Shown here: piece by piece, positions 43,398-53,584 of the stretch | Layout: each line of letters starts with the position of its first letter | Position numbering within the stretch: position 1 is the first letter of the stretch | From: Desulfobacterales bacterium | GTDB lineage: Bacteria; Desulfobacterota; Desulfobacteria; Desulfobacterales; UBA5852 | Reading direction: 5' to 3' | Assembly (NCBI GenBank): GCA_963674755.2 | Contig: CAXXVS010000003.1 | Span: 96,001 to 160,000, forward strand | DNA: 64,000 bases | Notes under the pieces: generated by a model | Database searches by the model: none | Told to the model about the DNA's origin: nothing | Seen by the model: the letters and a program-made list of their open reading frames with translations, nothing else | Translations under genes and position numbers: made by a program

Positions 43398-44798
43398 ATG
43401 CAAGCAAAGCGCGGTAGCGGAAGGGGTGATTGGCTGATGGTAGTTGGGGGGATCATGATTTTGGCGCTGGTGCCGATAATGGCCGTTGCCCCGGCGTGGG
43501 CGGAAAACACCGTACAGGCCGGCAATACAATCCCCGATGCGCCCACCAGCGACGGCAACATCGTCACCGGCGATGGCAACACGGTCTCTGGCAACAGCGA
43601 CTACAACGCCGTCAGCGGTAGGCGCAACACGGTCTCTAACAACGGCTACGCCAACGCCGTCAGCGGCTCTCAAAACACGGTTTCTAACGACAGCGACTAC
43701 AACGCCGTCAGCGGCTCTCAAAACACGGTCTCTGACAGCTACTACAACACCGTCAGCGGCTATGAAAACACGGTTTCTAGCTACAGCGACTTCAACGCCG
43801 TCAGCGGTAGGGACAACACGGTCTCTAACTACAGCTACTACAACGCCGTCAGCGGCTATCAAAACACGGTCTCTGACAACAGCGACGACAACGCCGTCAG
43901 CGGCTCTCAAAACACGGTCTCTAACAACAGCGACGACAACGCCGTCAGCGGCCATTCCAATACCGTATCCGGGGATGACAACCTCGTGTCCGGCTACGAC
44001 AATACGGTCACCGGCAACAACAACGTGGCCGTCATGGGGGCCACGGTCACGGGCAGCAACAACATCGGCATGGGCGCGGGCGCCCAGTCCACGGCGGCCA
44101 ACACCATTGCCATCGGCAACAGCGCCAGCGCCACCCGGGCCGATGCCATCGCCATGGGCAGAAGCGCCACCGCCTCCGGCACCGGTGCCATCGCCATCGG
44201 CCAGGGCGCCACCGCCACGGGGTCGGTCGCCGTGGGAGCGGGGGCCACCGCCGGAAACGGCGGGGCCGCCTTCGGCGACGGCGCCACGGCGAATACCGGC
44301 ATCAATACCGCCGCCCTCGGCACCAACGCCACCGCCACCGCCGACAATGCCGTGGCCATCGGCAGCGGCTCGGTGGCCGGCGAAGCCGACACCGTATCCG
44401 TGGGCGCCAGCGGCAGCGAGCGGCGCATCACCAACGTGGCCGACGGGGTCAGCCCCACCGATGCCGTCAACCTGCGCCAGTTGCAGGCCATGAGTATGGA
44501 CGTGGGCGGCCTGGAGACACGGGTCGACGCCCTGGAAAGAAACGTGGCCGACCTGGACGACCGCATGGACGACGTGGGCGCCCTGGCCGCCGCCTTTGCC
44601 GGACTGCACCCCAACCCCCATGCCACGGGCCGCAACCAGGTGGCTGTCGGCACCGGCTTCTACAAACAGTCCGCCGCCGTGGCCATGGGCTATTTCCGTA
44701 TCGTCAACGAGAACGTGATGCTCAATGCCGGGGTCTCAACCAACCTGGCCGGCGGTGGGGAAACCGCCGTCAAGGCCGGCATCACCTTCGCCTGGTAA
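43398..44798 (+). CDS. YadA-like trimeric autotransporter adhesin
   Basis: signal peptide ending AWA, AIAIG head repeats, neck ERRITNVADG..TDAVN, coiled stalk, beta anchor ending in W; GAAAGGA RBS. Confidence 0.9.
   Translation: MQAKRGSGRGDWLMVVGGIMILALVPIMAVAPAWAENTVQAGNTIPDAPTSDGNIVTGDGNTVSGNSDYNAVSGRRNTVSNNGYANAVSGSQNTVSNDSDYNAVSGSQNTVSDSYYNTVSGYENTVSSYSDFNAVSGRDNTVSNYSYYNAVSGYQNTVSDNSDDNAVSGSQNTVSNNSDDNAVSGHSNTVSGDDNLVSGYDNTVTGNNNVAVMGATVTGSNNIGMGAGAQSTAANTIAIGNSASATRADAIAMGRSATASGTGAIAIGQGATATGSVAVGAGATAGNGGAAFGDGATANTGINTAALGTNATATADNAVAIGSGSVAGEADTVSVGASGSERRITNVADGVSPTDAVNLRQLQAMSMDVGGLETRVDALERNVADLDDRMDDVGALAAAFAGLHPNPHATGRNQVAVGTGFYKQSAAVAMGYFRIVNENVMLNAGVSTNLAGGGETAVKAGITFAW
43578..43958 (+). 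repeat. eight tandem 48-bp coding repeats (one of 45 bp) in the adhesin
   Basis: unit AACACGGTYTCT-(NNC)5-AACGCCGTCAGCGGY-N6, encoding NTVSxxxxxNAVSGxx. Confidence 0.95.
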
Positions 44799-45013
44799 GG
44801 ACGGCGAAAACGCCATTGCGCCGATTTTGACGTCAACAACGGTGCCATGGGGACATCATGATAGCGGTTTTGAGAACCATTACCTGTACCGTGGCGACCT
44901 CCCCCGGTCGGAGAAGATCGGGGCATGGTGCATGGCCTTTGCGGGAAAATTGCGCGGCGCCGAAGGAAAGGCGCCGGCGGATCGTTTAAAGGCGGCCCTT
45001 AAAGCTATTACGC

Positions 45014-45265
45014 TTAGTCGGCTGACTTGATATTCCAGGGAAGTTCTTCCGGCGCGGCATTGCGCCATTCCTCGATGATGCTTTGGGCTTCCGGAAGATC
45101 TTTTTCAGAAACACGAATCAGGCCCCAGCCATATTGTGATTGGAAAAGGCCATCATAAGCCGTGTCGTGAAAGGATTTAATTTCGGCATAAATGCCATTA
45201 TCCTCTAAAACGGATTTGATGACGTTTGCTTCGGCTTCGTTCTCGGGCTTCATTAGTGTTTTCAC
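45014..45265 (-). CDS. DUF2007-like small protein
   Basis: EANVIKSVLEDNGI..IRVSEKDLPEAQSII; AT-richer than its neighbours. Confidence 0.7.
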   Translation of the reverse strand: MKTLMKPENEAEANVIKSVLEDNGIYAEIKSFHDTAYDGLFQSQYGWGLIRVSEKDLPEAQSIIEEWRNAAPEELPWNIKSAD

Positions 45266-45406
45266 GGTTCAATGTCCCATACGGTTAGGGGAAAGGGCGC
45301 CTTGTTTCTCCCCAAGGTGTGCGAACAGGCGGAAAAGGCTTCGGAGAACACGCGCGCACAGAAAAAACCTTGACGCCTTGTGACATATCAGGCAGACCGT
45401 TCCGCT

Positions 45407-46600
45407 ATGAAAATTAAGCCTGATACGCCGAAATTTCAAACGGCAAATGTCATTCTGATTGCATTCTCTCATCTTATTCATGACATCTATGGGTCGTTTT
45501 TGGCCCCGCTCTTGCCGCTGTTGATCGAAAAGTTAGGATTTTCCTATACGATGGCGGGCTTTCTGACGGTGGCGCAGCGGTTTCCTTCTCTCCTGAATCC
45601 ATTTTTTGGCGTTATCGCGGATCGAATCAGTGTTCGCTATTTTGTGATCGGTGCCCCGACAGTGACCGCCATATCCATGAGCTTGCTGGGGCTCGCGCCC
45701 TCCTATCCGGTGCTCGTGGTGCTCCTGGTGATCATGGGAATCAGCGCCGCCTGTTATCATGTCCCGACACCGGTGATGATCAAGCACATTGCCGGCACGC
45801 AAGTTGGAAAAGGAATGAGTTTTTATATGGTTGGGGGCGAACTTGCCCGAACGGTCGGCCCATTGGTCGTCATTGGCGTGGTCTCGCGCTGGGGATTGGA
45901 ACGCACCTATTGGCTGATTCTACCGGGCGTGTTGGCCTCCCTGTTCCTCGCGGCGAAGTTTAGACATATGCCTGTCCAACACACGGTGCATGCCACCCCG
46001 TCCTCCGGGTTGGGACAAACCCTTGTCGACATGCGGGCGACCCTGCTGGGTTTGACCGGCATCAGTATTTTTCTGGGAGGACTGAAGGGCGCCATGGTTA
46101 TCTTTCTCCCGGCGTATTTGACGGACAAAGGCGCCCGTCTTGTGGTGGCCGGGGTTTCTCTGTCCATATTGGAAGCGGGGGGCGTCATCGGCGTCCTGAC
46201 GTCCGGGCCCCTCTCGGACCGTTGGGGACGAAAGTTTGTCCTGCTGGCGGCGATCCTCGCCGCTCCGGCGCTCATGTGGATCTTCCTGCGCAACCCTGGT
46301 TTCCTGACCTTCCCCATCCTGTTTCTCCTGGGCTTCTTCCTGCTGTCCAACGGCCCCGTCATGCTGGCGATTGTCCAGGAGAGCGGCTCTGATCGGCCCG
46401 CGTATGTCAACGGGATCTATATGATGATCAATTTTGTGGTCGGGTCCGGGATGACCGTGCTTGTGGGCGTATTAAACGACCGGCTGGGTCTTGATCTGAC
46501 CTACCAACTCGTCACGGTGTGGTTCCTCGGGGCGATCTTCTGTGTCCCGTTCTTACCTGGGAAATTGCTCGCGCGGTCCGCCCACAGGGCGAAGCCGTAA
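45407..46600 (+). CDS. MFS transporter (Fsr-like)
   Basis: HLIHDIY..PLLPLL, YHVP, GPLSDRWGRK. Confidence 0.85.
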   Translation: MKIKPDTPKFQTANVILIAFSHLIHDIYGSFLAPLLPLLIEKLGFSYTMAGFLTVAQRFPSLLNPFFGVIADRISVRYFVIGAPTVTAISMSLLGLAPSYPVLVVLLVIMGISAACYHVPTPVMIKHIAGTQVGKGMSFYMVGGELARTVGPLVVIGVVSRWGLERTYWLILPGVLASLFLAAKFRHMPVQHTVHATPSSGLGQTLVDMRATLLGLTGISIFLGGLKGAMVIFLPAYLTDKGARLVVAGVSLSILEAGGVIGVLTSGPLSDRWGRKFVLLAAILAAPALMWIFLRNPGFLTFPILFLLGFFLLSNGPVMLAIVQESGSDRPAYVNGIYMMINFVVGSGMTVLVGVLNDRLGLDLTYQLVTVWFLGAIFCVPFLPGKLLARSAHRAKP

Positions 46601-46699
46601 TCCGTTCTCTGCCGAAATAATCGGTTGATGGGCCTTGTTCGGTTACACTTGGCCACAAAGCAACTTATTTATGAATGACCGTCCTCATTATCTCCCGTT

Positions 46700-47896
46700 C
46701 TAAACAAAAATATCCAGCGCCTGCTGCAAATCCGACATCAGATCTTCCGCATTCTCGATACCGGTCGAGTAGCGGATCAACCCCTCCGGTATGCCCAGTT
46801 TGGCGCGCTCGTCCTGTGTGCATTCCACATGGCTGGTGGTCGCAGGGGGCCCCACGATGGTCTCGACCGCCCCCAAATTGGCCGCCGCATGGGCAAACCG
46901 CAGCCGGGGGATAAAACGGCTTACCGCTTCAAGCGTATCCTCTTTCAGCATAAAACTCATCATGCCGCCGAAGCCGCGCATTTGTTGTTTCGCAATCTGA
47001 TGGCCGTCATGGGAAGGAAGACCGGGGTAGAAAACACGTTCGATGGCGGGGTGCGATTCCAGATATTGGGCGATCCGCAGGGCGCTTTCATTTTGTCGCT
47101 GAATCCGCAGCTCAAGTGTTTTCATGCCCCGCAGGATCAGATACGCCGACATCGGGTGCAGGGTCGCGCCATTGATTTCGCGATAATGGTAAATCCGATC
47201 GATCAAATCCTTCCGGCCGCAAACGACGCCGCCTAACGCGTCGGCATGGCCACCGAGGAATTTGGTGGCGCTGTGCAGGACCAGATCCGCGCCCATTTGA
47301 AGGGGGTTCTGGTTGATGGGTGTTGCGAAGGTATTATCGACCACGACGATGGCGCCGACCGCCTCGGCCGCCTTCACCAGGCGTGGGATATCGATCACTT
47401 TGGTGGTGGGGTTGGTGGGGCTTTCCAGATAAAGCACTTTACAGCCGTTTGCGACTTCCCTTTCGATTTGTTCATGATCGGTGGTGTCGCACAATTTGGC
47501 CTCGATCCGAAATTTCGGCAAAAATTCGCTGAAAATCACACTGGTGCCGCCGTAGGTGTCCTTGACCGTGACCACACGATCTTGATCGGAAAGCAAGGCG
47601 AACAAGGTGCTGCTGATGATCCCCATGCCGGTTGCGGCGCTGGTCGCCGCTTCCCCATCTTCCAGATTGCGGACTTTCTCTTCAAACACCTGAACGGTCG
47701 GATTGGTGTTGCGGCTGTAGATATGGCCTTCCTTCCGCCCCAAGGCGACCTGCAGCCATTCATCCACATCCCGATAACCGAATGACACACTATGCACAAC
47801 AGGCACCTGGGTGGCACCCTGCATCAAATAGTCTTCTTCGCCTGCCCAAACCGCGCGTGTTCCCAGCCGTGGATTTTCACTCATGCTTTTGTCCAT
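46700..47896 (-). CDS. cystathionine gamma-synthase/lyase family PLP enzyme
   Basis: YSRNTNPT, ESPTNPT, VDNTFATP, HSATKFLGGH. Confidence 0.92.
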   Translation of the reverse strand: MDKSMSENPRLGTRAVWAGEEDYLMQGATQVPVVHSVSFGYRDVDEWLQVALGRKEGHIYSRNTNPTVQVFEEKVRNLEDGEAATSAATGMGIISSTLFALLSDQDRVVTVKDTYGGTSVIFSEFLPKFRIEAKLCDTTDHEQIEREVANGCKVLYLESPTNPTTKVIDIPRLVKAAEAVGAIVVVDNTFATPINQNPLQMGADLVLHSATKFLGGHADALGGVVCGRKDLIDRIYHYREINGATLHPMSAYLILRGMKTLELRIQRQNESALRIAQYLESHPAIERVFYPGLPSHDGHQIAKQQMRGFGGMMSFMLKEDTLEAVSRFIPRLRFAHAAANLGAVETIVGPPATTSHVECTQDERAKLGIPEGLIRYSTGIENAEDLMSDLQQALDIFV

Positions 47897-48199
47897 TCCT
47901 TTTACACTTTCATTTGATATTGCGATGTCGCCTGACCGATTGTTTTAATGCCCAAGCGTCGATGCGGATCCCCCATGGCCGCCGTCTGACCGCCGGGAGG
48001 CGCACTATACCGCGTTTGTCCCGCCTTGCCCACCTTTAAAGGGCCGTGGATAAACGACCCCTCAGGCCGCAATGCGGCGTTGTCCCGCGTTGCGGAAGTT
48101 CTCATCTGGTCTTATAGGCGTTGGTTTGGTCTGTCAGGGAATTTGGTTTGTTGGTGTGAAGACAACGTTTGTGAATATCGAAGGTCCCCCTCCCGCGTC

Positions 48200-50653
48200 T
48201 TATCCTTTGACCCCGTCCAGGACTTTCCGGATCGTTTTGGCAAGCGTCGCTTTGGCAACCGGCTTGTAAAGCATCGCCCTGATACCGATTTCAGCAGCCG
48301 ACTTTTCTGATATCCTGTTATTGTACCCGGTACAAATCAATATCGGAATATCGGGTCGAAGGGACATCAATCGGGATGCCAATCTATCCCCTGTGATGGT
48401 CGGCATGGTCATGTCGGTGATGACCAGATCGAATTCGTGCGGTGCTGAACGAAACAGGTCCAGAGCCTCCACACTGCTTGTTCTTACCGTCACTGAATAG
48501 CCTAAGGATTCGAGGGTCCGTCGACCCAATTTTGCAATGGCGGCTTCGTCGTCAACAAAAAGAATTCTCTCCGTACCCGTACCGGAAGGCAGACCCACAT
48601 TTTTCTCAACCTCGCAGCGTTTATCTTTTCTGCTCACCGGCAGATAAACGGTGAAGGTGCTTCCCAGGTCCGGTGTGCTGTCAACGAGAATTTTGCCGCC
48701 GTATTTTTCAACAATACCGTGAACAACCGACAGCCCCATACCGGTACCCTCGCCTGGAGGCTTCGTGGTGAAATAGGGCTCGAATATGGTATTGATAATT
48801 TCCTGGGGAATGCCCTTACCTGTGTCGGCTATTCTGACCTGCACATAGTCTCCTGGCTTTAAACCAAAATCGGCGGCTTTGTTCCCGGCCGTGACGCAGG
48901 TGTCCTTGATGATTACGTCGAGAACGCCGCCTTGATCATCCATTGATTGGGCCGCATTTGTGCACAAGTTCATAAAGATCTGATGAATCTGGGTGGCCGA
49001 TCCCATGACAAGGGATTTACTCTCTATCGTGTCATTAATCGCGATGGAGGCCGGTATTGAGGATCGTATAAATTTCAGGGCTTCTTTGGCAATAATGCCG
49101 ACCTGGACCGGTATGATCTCCTCATCGGTTTGACGGGCAAAGGTCAATATCTGTCGGACGAGGTCTTTGGCGCGTTTTCCTGCGGTATAAATTTCTTTGA
49201 GATCATCCGCAAGATCCGTATCTTTATCAACCTCCGCAAGCCCCACTTCGCTGAATCCGATAATGGCTGAAAGAATATTATTGAAATCATGGGCAATACC
49301 GCCGGCAAGGGTGCCGATGGCTTCGAGTTTTTGGGACTGGCGCAGCTGACCCTCAAGCCTGAGCTGTTCGGTGATGTCTTCAACAATTTCGATGGCGCCG
49401 GTAATCTGGCCGCGGTCATCCAGGATGGGAGATGAGATAATACGGTGATTGCGGATCTTTCCGCCCCGCTGTGTCATCACCCTTGCTTCATTTACGGTGC
49501 CGTCTTTGAGGGTTTTAATGGCGGGACAGTTATCGCAGACGCTTTCCCGGGGAGGGTCCGTGAAAGTGCAATGACAGATGGGCCGTTGGCCGATATCGAT
49601 ATCAGGGAACCTTTTGCGCAATTTTCGATTTATTTCGATAACTTCCATGTTCTGATTGATCAGGACCACCCCCATCCCGATATTGTCCACCATGGTCTGG
49701 AACTTTTGTTTGCTCGCCCGCAGTGCCTTCTCCGCTTTGCGGTTTAGTTCCATCTGTTCAATGCCATAGAGGGCCAGCCCGATATCCGATGCCACCTCTT
49801 TGACCAGGGACAGTTCGTCTTCAGAGGGCTCAATAATTTGAGGCGCCGCCAAGGCCATGACCCCGAATATTTTCCCCTGATGGGTCAGACCTACCGCCAT
49901 CCCGCAGTTGCTCGATTTTTTTGGTGCAAGGGGACAGGGTAGGCAATCGGATGCGCCCTCTTTAAACAAGAGGACCTCTTTAGACCTCATGGCTTGTTTG
50001 CAGCAGGGAGGCACGCTCTTCGAAAATAGGGCCTGTAGCGCCCCGGCGCTTTCTCCCAACCCTTCCGCTGCGAAGGCCATGGCGCTTCCGCTTGGTTCCA
50101 AAAGGGTTATCCAACCATGCCGGTAATGCCCCTCTTTAACGAGCAGTTTACAGGCGGATTGAATCAATGCCTTCGGGTCCTTCTCACGAACAATAAGCTG
50201 GTCGATACTGCGGATGGCCTGCAGCATCCTATTGTAATGCTTCAGTCTAACGCTGAGGCTTCCCCTTTCAATGGCATACCTGAGGACGCGCAACAGCATA
50301 TCGGTGTTTACTTGCCCTTTTACCAGATAATCCTGGGCGCCAATCCTGATGGCCTCCGTACCGAGCGTTTCGTCATCCAAACCGGTGAGCACAATGATCG
50401 GGATTTCCGGTGCTTCCGCTATGAAGCGTTTCAATGTCTCCAGGCCGGTGCTGTCTGGAAGGCCAAGGTCCAGAAACACCACATTGGATCTGTGCTTCTC
50501 CAGAATTTTCAGGGCGCTGCCCAGACTGCCGGCCGTCTCGGCCCGAAATGCCTTTCCGGACTGTTCAAGGTAGTCCAGGATGAGCTCCCGGTCGCCGGGG
50601 TTGTCTTCAACCAACAGGATATCAAATTCCACGGAGTTGGAATCCATCATCAT
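48200..50653 (-). CDS. hybrid histidine kinase (REC-GAF-PAS-HisKA-HATPase-REC)
   Basis: N-terminal LLVEDN..LDLGLPD, GGIAHDFNN, FTTK..GTGMGL, C-terminal FVDDE..TDMTMP. Confidence 0.92.
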   Translation of the reverse strand: MMMDSNSVEFDILLVEDNPGDRELILDYLEQSGKAFRAETAGSLGSALKILEKHRSNVVFLDLGLPDSTGLETLKRFIAEAPEIPIIVLTGLDDETLGTEAIRIGAQDYLVKGQVNTDMLLRVLRYAIERGSLSVRLKHYNRMLQAIRSIDQLIVREKDPKALIQSACKLLVKEGHYRHGWITLLEPSGSAMAFAAEGLGESAGALQALFSKSVPPCCKQAMRSKEVLLFKEGASDCLPCPLAPKKSSNCGMAVGLTHQGKIFGVMALAAPQIIEPSEDELSLVKEVASDIGLALYGIEQMELNRKAEKALRASKQKFQTMVDNIGMGVVLINQNMEVIEINRKLRKRFPDIDIGQRPICHCTFTDPPRESVCDNCPAIKTLKDGTVNEARVMTQRGGKIRNHRIISSPILDDRGQITGAIEIVEDITEQLRLEGQLRQSQKLEAIGTLAGGIAHDFNNILSAIIGFSEVGLAEVDKDTDLADDLKEIYTAGKRAKDLVRQILTFARQTDEEIIPVQVGIIAKEALKFIRSSIPASIAINDTIESKSLVMGSATQIHQIFMNLCTNAAQSMDDQGGVLDVIIKDTCVTAGNKAADFGLKPGDYVQVRIADTGKGIPQEIINTIFEPYFTTKPPGEGTGMGLSVVHGIVEKYGGKILVDSTPDLGSTFTVYLPVSRKDKRCEVEKNVGLPSGTGTERILFVDDEAAIAKLGRRTLESLGYSVTVRTSSVEALDLFRSAPHEFDLVITDMTMPTITGDRLASRLMSLRPDIPILICTGYNNRISEKSAAEIGIRAMLYKPVAKATLAKTIRKVLDGVKG

Positions 50654-50654
50654 T

Positions 50655-51086
50655 TTACGCCTCCGGCGGATAGCGAACCACCGAGAACCAGAAGCTTTCA
50701 ATGGCCGTTACGATCGTTTCGAAACCTTTCAGATCGACGGGTTTTGTTACGTATGCACTGGCTTGGAGGTCATAGCTTTTAAGGATATCCTCTTCTGCCG
50801 CTGAAGAGGTGAGAACCACCACCGGGATTCTTTTCAAGACGGGCATCTCTTTTATTTCAGCCAGAACCTGCCGTCCGTCTTTTTTGGGCAGGTTGAGATC
50901 CAGCAGAATCAGGTCAGGCCTGTCGGCGTTTTCATATGGGGGGTTGCGCAGCAAAAAATCCATTGCTTCCATACCGTCTTTAACAAGGGTGATCTCGTTT
51001 AAAATCTTGCTCGCTTCCAGCCTCTCGCAGGTCAGATCCGCATCCGCCGGGTTGTCTTCAACCAATAAAATTTTTATCAGTTCCAT
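50655..51086 (-). CDS. single-domain response regulator (Rcp1-like)
   Basis: [30 protein letters not shown]. Confidence 0.92.
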   Translation of the reverse strand: MELIKILLVEDNPADADLTCERLEASKILNEITLVKDGMEAMDFLLRNPPYENADRPDLILLDLNLPKKDGRQVLAEIKEMPVLKRIPVVVLTSSAAEEDILKSYDLQASAYVTKPVDLKGFETIVTAIESFWFSVVRYPPEA

Positions 51087-51108
51087 TATCTGACAGCCTC
51101 CGTGAAAG

Positions 51109-52566
51109 TTATTCTGCCGCTATCAATGAAAAATAAAAAACCGATCCCTTCCCGGGTTCGGATTCAACCCAGAGCTTCCCGCCATGACGTTCCACAATTT
51201 TTTTCGATATGGCAAGTCCGATGCCGGAACCCTGATAGGCATCACGTCCGTGGAGACGCTGAAAGATCACGAAAACCCGGTCAAAAAACATGGGATCGAT
51301 ACCGATTCCATTATCCTGGACTGAAAAGACCCATTTCGCGTTTTCCTTTTTTGCCCCAACTTTCACGACAGGGTTTTCCGCACCGTGAAACTTAATGGCA
51401 TTGCCGATGAGGTTCTGGAATAATTGGATAAGCTGGCCGTCGTCTCCCATAATCGTCGGTAATCTATCCACCTGGATTTGGGCCTGTTTTTCCTCAATGG
51501 CCTTGCTAAGCGCCCACAAGGCTTTTTCAACGATTTCATTGCCGTCAATTTTATCAAAGGATTTGCCGTGGGTATTCACCCGGGAAAGCCCAAGAAGATC
51601 ATTGATAAGCCCCTGCATACGCTTGGCACCATCAACGGCATAGCCTATATATTTGTCGGCTTTTGCATCGAGTTTTCCCTTGTACTTTTCTTCAAGAAGC
51701 TCGGTATAGCTGGCAACCATACGTAGCGGCTCCTGCAGATCGTGGGACGCTACATAGGCGAACTGTTGCAGTTCTTTATTGGAACGATTGAGTTCATCCA
51801 TCGCCCCTTTCAGCTTTTCATTTGCTTTTTGCGCCACCTGGCGGGCCTCTTCAGCATCCTGCGCCATTTTCAGGGTTGCTATCTGGGAATCCTTCAAATC
51901 CCGGGTGCGTTCCTCAATACGGGCTTCTAGGCTATGCATCAATTCCTGAAGCTGCATCTTATTCAATCCGGCTTCGGCAAGAAATACGGCAAGCTCTACA
52001 AGATAGTCGATTCTCAGCCTTACTTCTTCATCCGCTAATATAGGAACTTTTGATAGGGCCTGAAGGTATTCTTTTTCATTAAAACCGTATTGGCGGGCTT
52101 GTTGACGAAAAAAATGAATGTCAGGTGCCTCAGACAAAAACTGGCCGGTGAAAAGATTGGCAAGATGCGTACCCCGAATTTTGACCGGGAACGCCACGTC
52201 CACCATACCGTTCATACAGCGATAGACATTATATTGATCTCCCTGTCTGAGCATGTTGGCCAGGGCTGTATCCGATTCATGACAGCATTTTTCAGTTTCG
52301 GGATGAACCCGGTGAAACCGGGTGCAGATATCCTGCCATCCGGCGGCTACGAGTACCTTGCCATCCAGATCAAGCAAGGCTGTACCTGCGCCGGTGGCAG
52401 CCGAAAATTTTTCCATTAGCACCTGAAACTGATCAATATCAATCAGGTCGGAGATCTGATATTTTGTGCCGGGAAGATCATTCGATTGCTGCGATTCTGG
52501 TGTCACAAGGCGCCTCTTTTCTCCGTTTTTTGACAGCGCATTAACGTCTTCCTTGCGTTCAATCAT
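51109..52566 (-). CDS. PocR-domain sensor histidine kinase
   Basis: [20 protein letters not shown] PocR domain; [29 protein letters not shown]. Confidence 0.9.
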   Translation of the reverse strand: MIERKEDVNALSKNGEKRRLVTPESQQSNDLPGTKYQISDLIDIDQFQVLMEKFSAATGAGTALLDLDGKVLVAAGWQDICTRFHRVHPETEKCCHESDTALANMLRQGDQYNVYRCMNGMVDVAFPVKIRGTHLANLFTGQFLSEAPDIHFFRQQARQYGFNEKEYLQALSKVPILADEEVRLRIDYLVELAVFLAEAGLNKMQLQELMHSLEARIEERTRDLKDSQIATLKMAQDAEEARQVAQKANEKLKGAMDELNRSNKELQQFAYVASHDLQEPLRMVASYTELLEEKYKGKLDAKADKYIGYAVDGAKRMQGLINDLLGLSRVNTHGKSFDKIDGNEIVEKALWALSKAIEEKQAQIQVDRLPTIMGDDGQLIQLFQNLIGNAIKFHGAENPVVKVGAKKENAKWVFSVQDNGIGIDPMFFDRVFVIFQRLHGRDAYQGSGIGLAISKKIVERHGGKLWVESEPGKGSVFYFSLIAAE

Positions 52567-52594
52567 CCGCTTTTCCCCCCCGACGGCCATTTTA

Positions 52595-52760
52595 ATCGAG
52601 ATAAGGGAGAAGTCTCACGGCCTCCCCCCTCTCACACCATTCGGTATACGGAACCGTACCGGGCGGTTCATATCGTCTTGGGTGATCAGCGGGAACACTC
52701 CAGGGGCTGATGAGCCCCTTGTCGGCAAGTCCCATTTCTGGGGCGCCCTTGACGTGCAAA
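52595..52760 (-). mobile_element. 3' remnant of a group II intron (class C-like domains V and VI)
   Basis: minus strand GAACCGCCCGGTACGGTTCCGTATACCGAATGGTGTGAGAGG (DV), then GGGAGGCCGTGAGACTTCTCCCTTATCTCGAT (DVI, AY end); left extent approximate. Confidence 0.8.
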
Positions 52761-53091
52761 CCACAGAATCTCGTTACATTTAAGGTCTATCGCAGGTCAT
52801 AACCGCATAGATATATGCTCTCGCGAAGCGCTTTATCAAGCGAGCGCCTCATCAGCGTCAACCCGATCATGAGCGATGTTTAGGAGGGTGATCGGAGATA
52901 TGATGCGGCGCCGTCCATAACCAGATGTTTTGAGTTTTGCCATTGCGGCAATGAAGGGAAAAGAGCCGACGGCTTGCAAAAATTGTGATTATTACAATCA
53001 CCTAACATCAGAATCCCAACTTGTAAAGAACCTGCTAAAATCTTTACCAATCATAGTGATCTTACGATTAATCGTTTTTAGGGTTTTAGGT

Positions 53092-53203
53092 CTGTATGAC
53101 GGCGATTTCGACGTCGAAAATGCGATTATAGCGACATTATTAAGGGGGCCTTGGGAACCATCACTTGTGAGCTTTATTGGCGGGCTTGCTCCGACCGGGA
53201 ATC
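53092..53203 (+). repeat. junction repeat copy A (~110 bp)
   Basis: ungapped, roughly 70% match by eye to 57702-57811; ends GGCTTGCTCCGACCGG. Confidence 0.8.
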
Positions 53204-53241
53204 AGATGGTCCCCTGATCACCGGTGGGTTGGCGGCGCGGT

Positions 53242-53552
53242 GGGGGCAGGTCTCAACTTTTAACAAAAGGTAGATACAAGCGTTTCTTGTCTGCGCCGGG
53301 GTTTCCCTCAGCGCCCCTTTCACCAAATCCACGACCGTTCCCAGATCGATCCCTTCATGGATCTGCCTAAGTGCGGGAAGATCCCGGCTGCGGACCTGAT
53401 TGCCAAGAAAAATCTGGGGCAGATTGGCGGAGGGCGTCTCAAGCAGGAGGTGATAATGGTTGTCCATCAGGCAGAAGGCATGGCCGGCCGCATTGTACCG
53501 CTTGGAGGGGATATCGCCTGGCGGCTTTTTTTTGTCAAATGTTGCTGACCCC
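53242..53552 (-). mobile_element. internally deleted HUH/Y1 (RAYT-like) transposase element
   Basis: HAFCLMDNHYHLLLETP (HUH motif) fused to a C-terminal-like fragment; inverted ends GGGGCAG and CTGACCCC; TTGACA inside the 5' end. Confidence 0.8.
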
Positions 53553-53584
53553 GTCAAGGTTTCCGATTCCCTCCGCCGCCCATT

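Noticed and set aside
43578..43958. 48-bp periodic repeat as a CRISPR array
   Set aside because: In-frame coding units with short related variable segments, no unique spacers and no cas genes.
43486..44493. Thr/Pro-rich 335-aa mucin-like ORF
   Set aside because: Alternative frame of the adhesin repeats; the other frame has signal peptide, neck and anchor.
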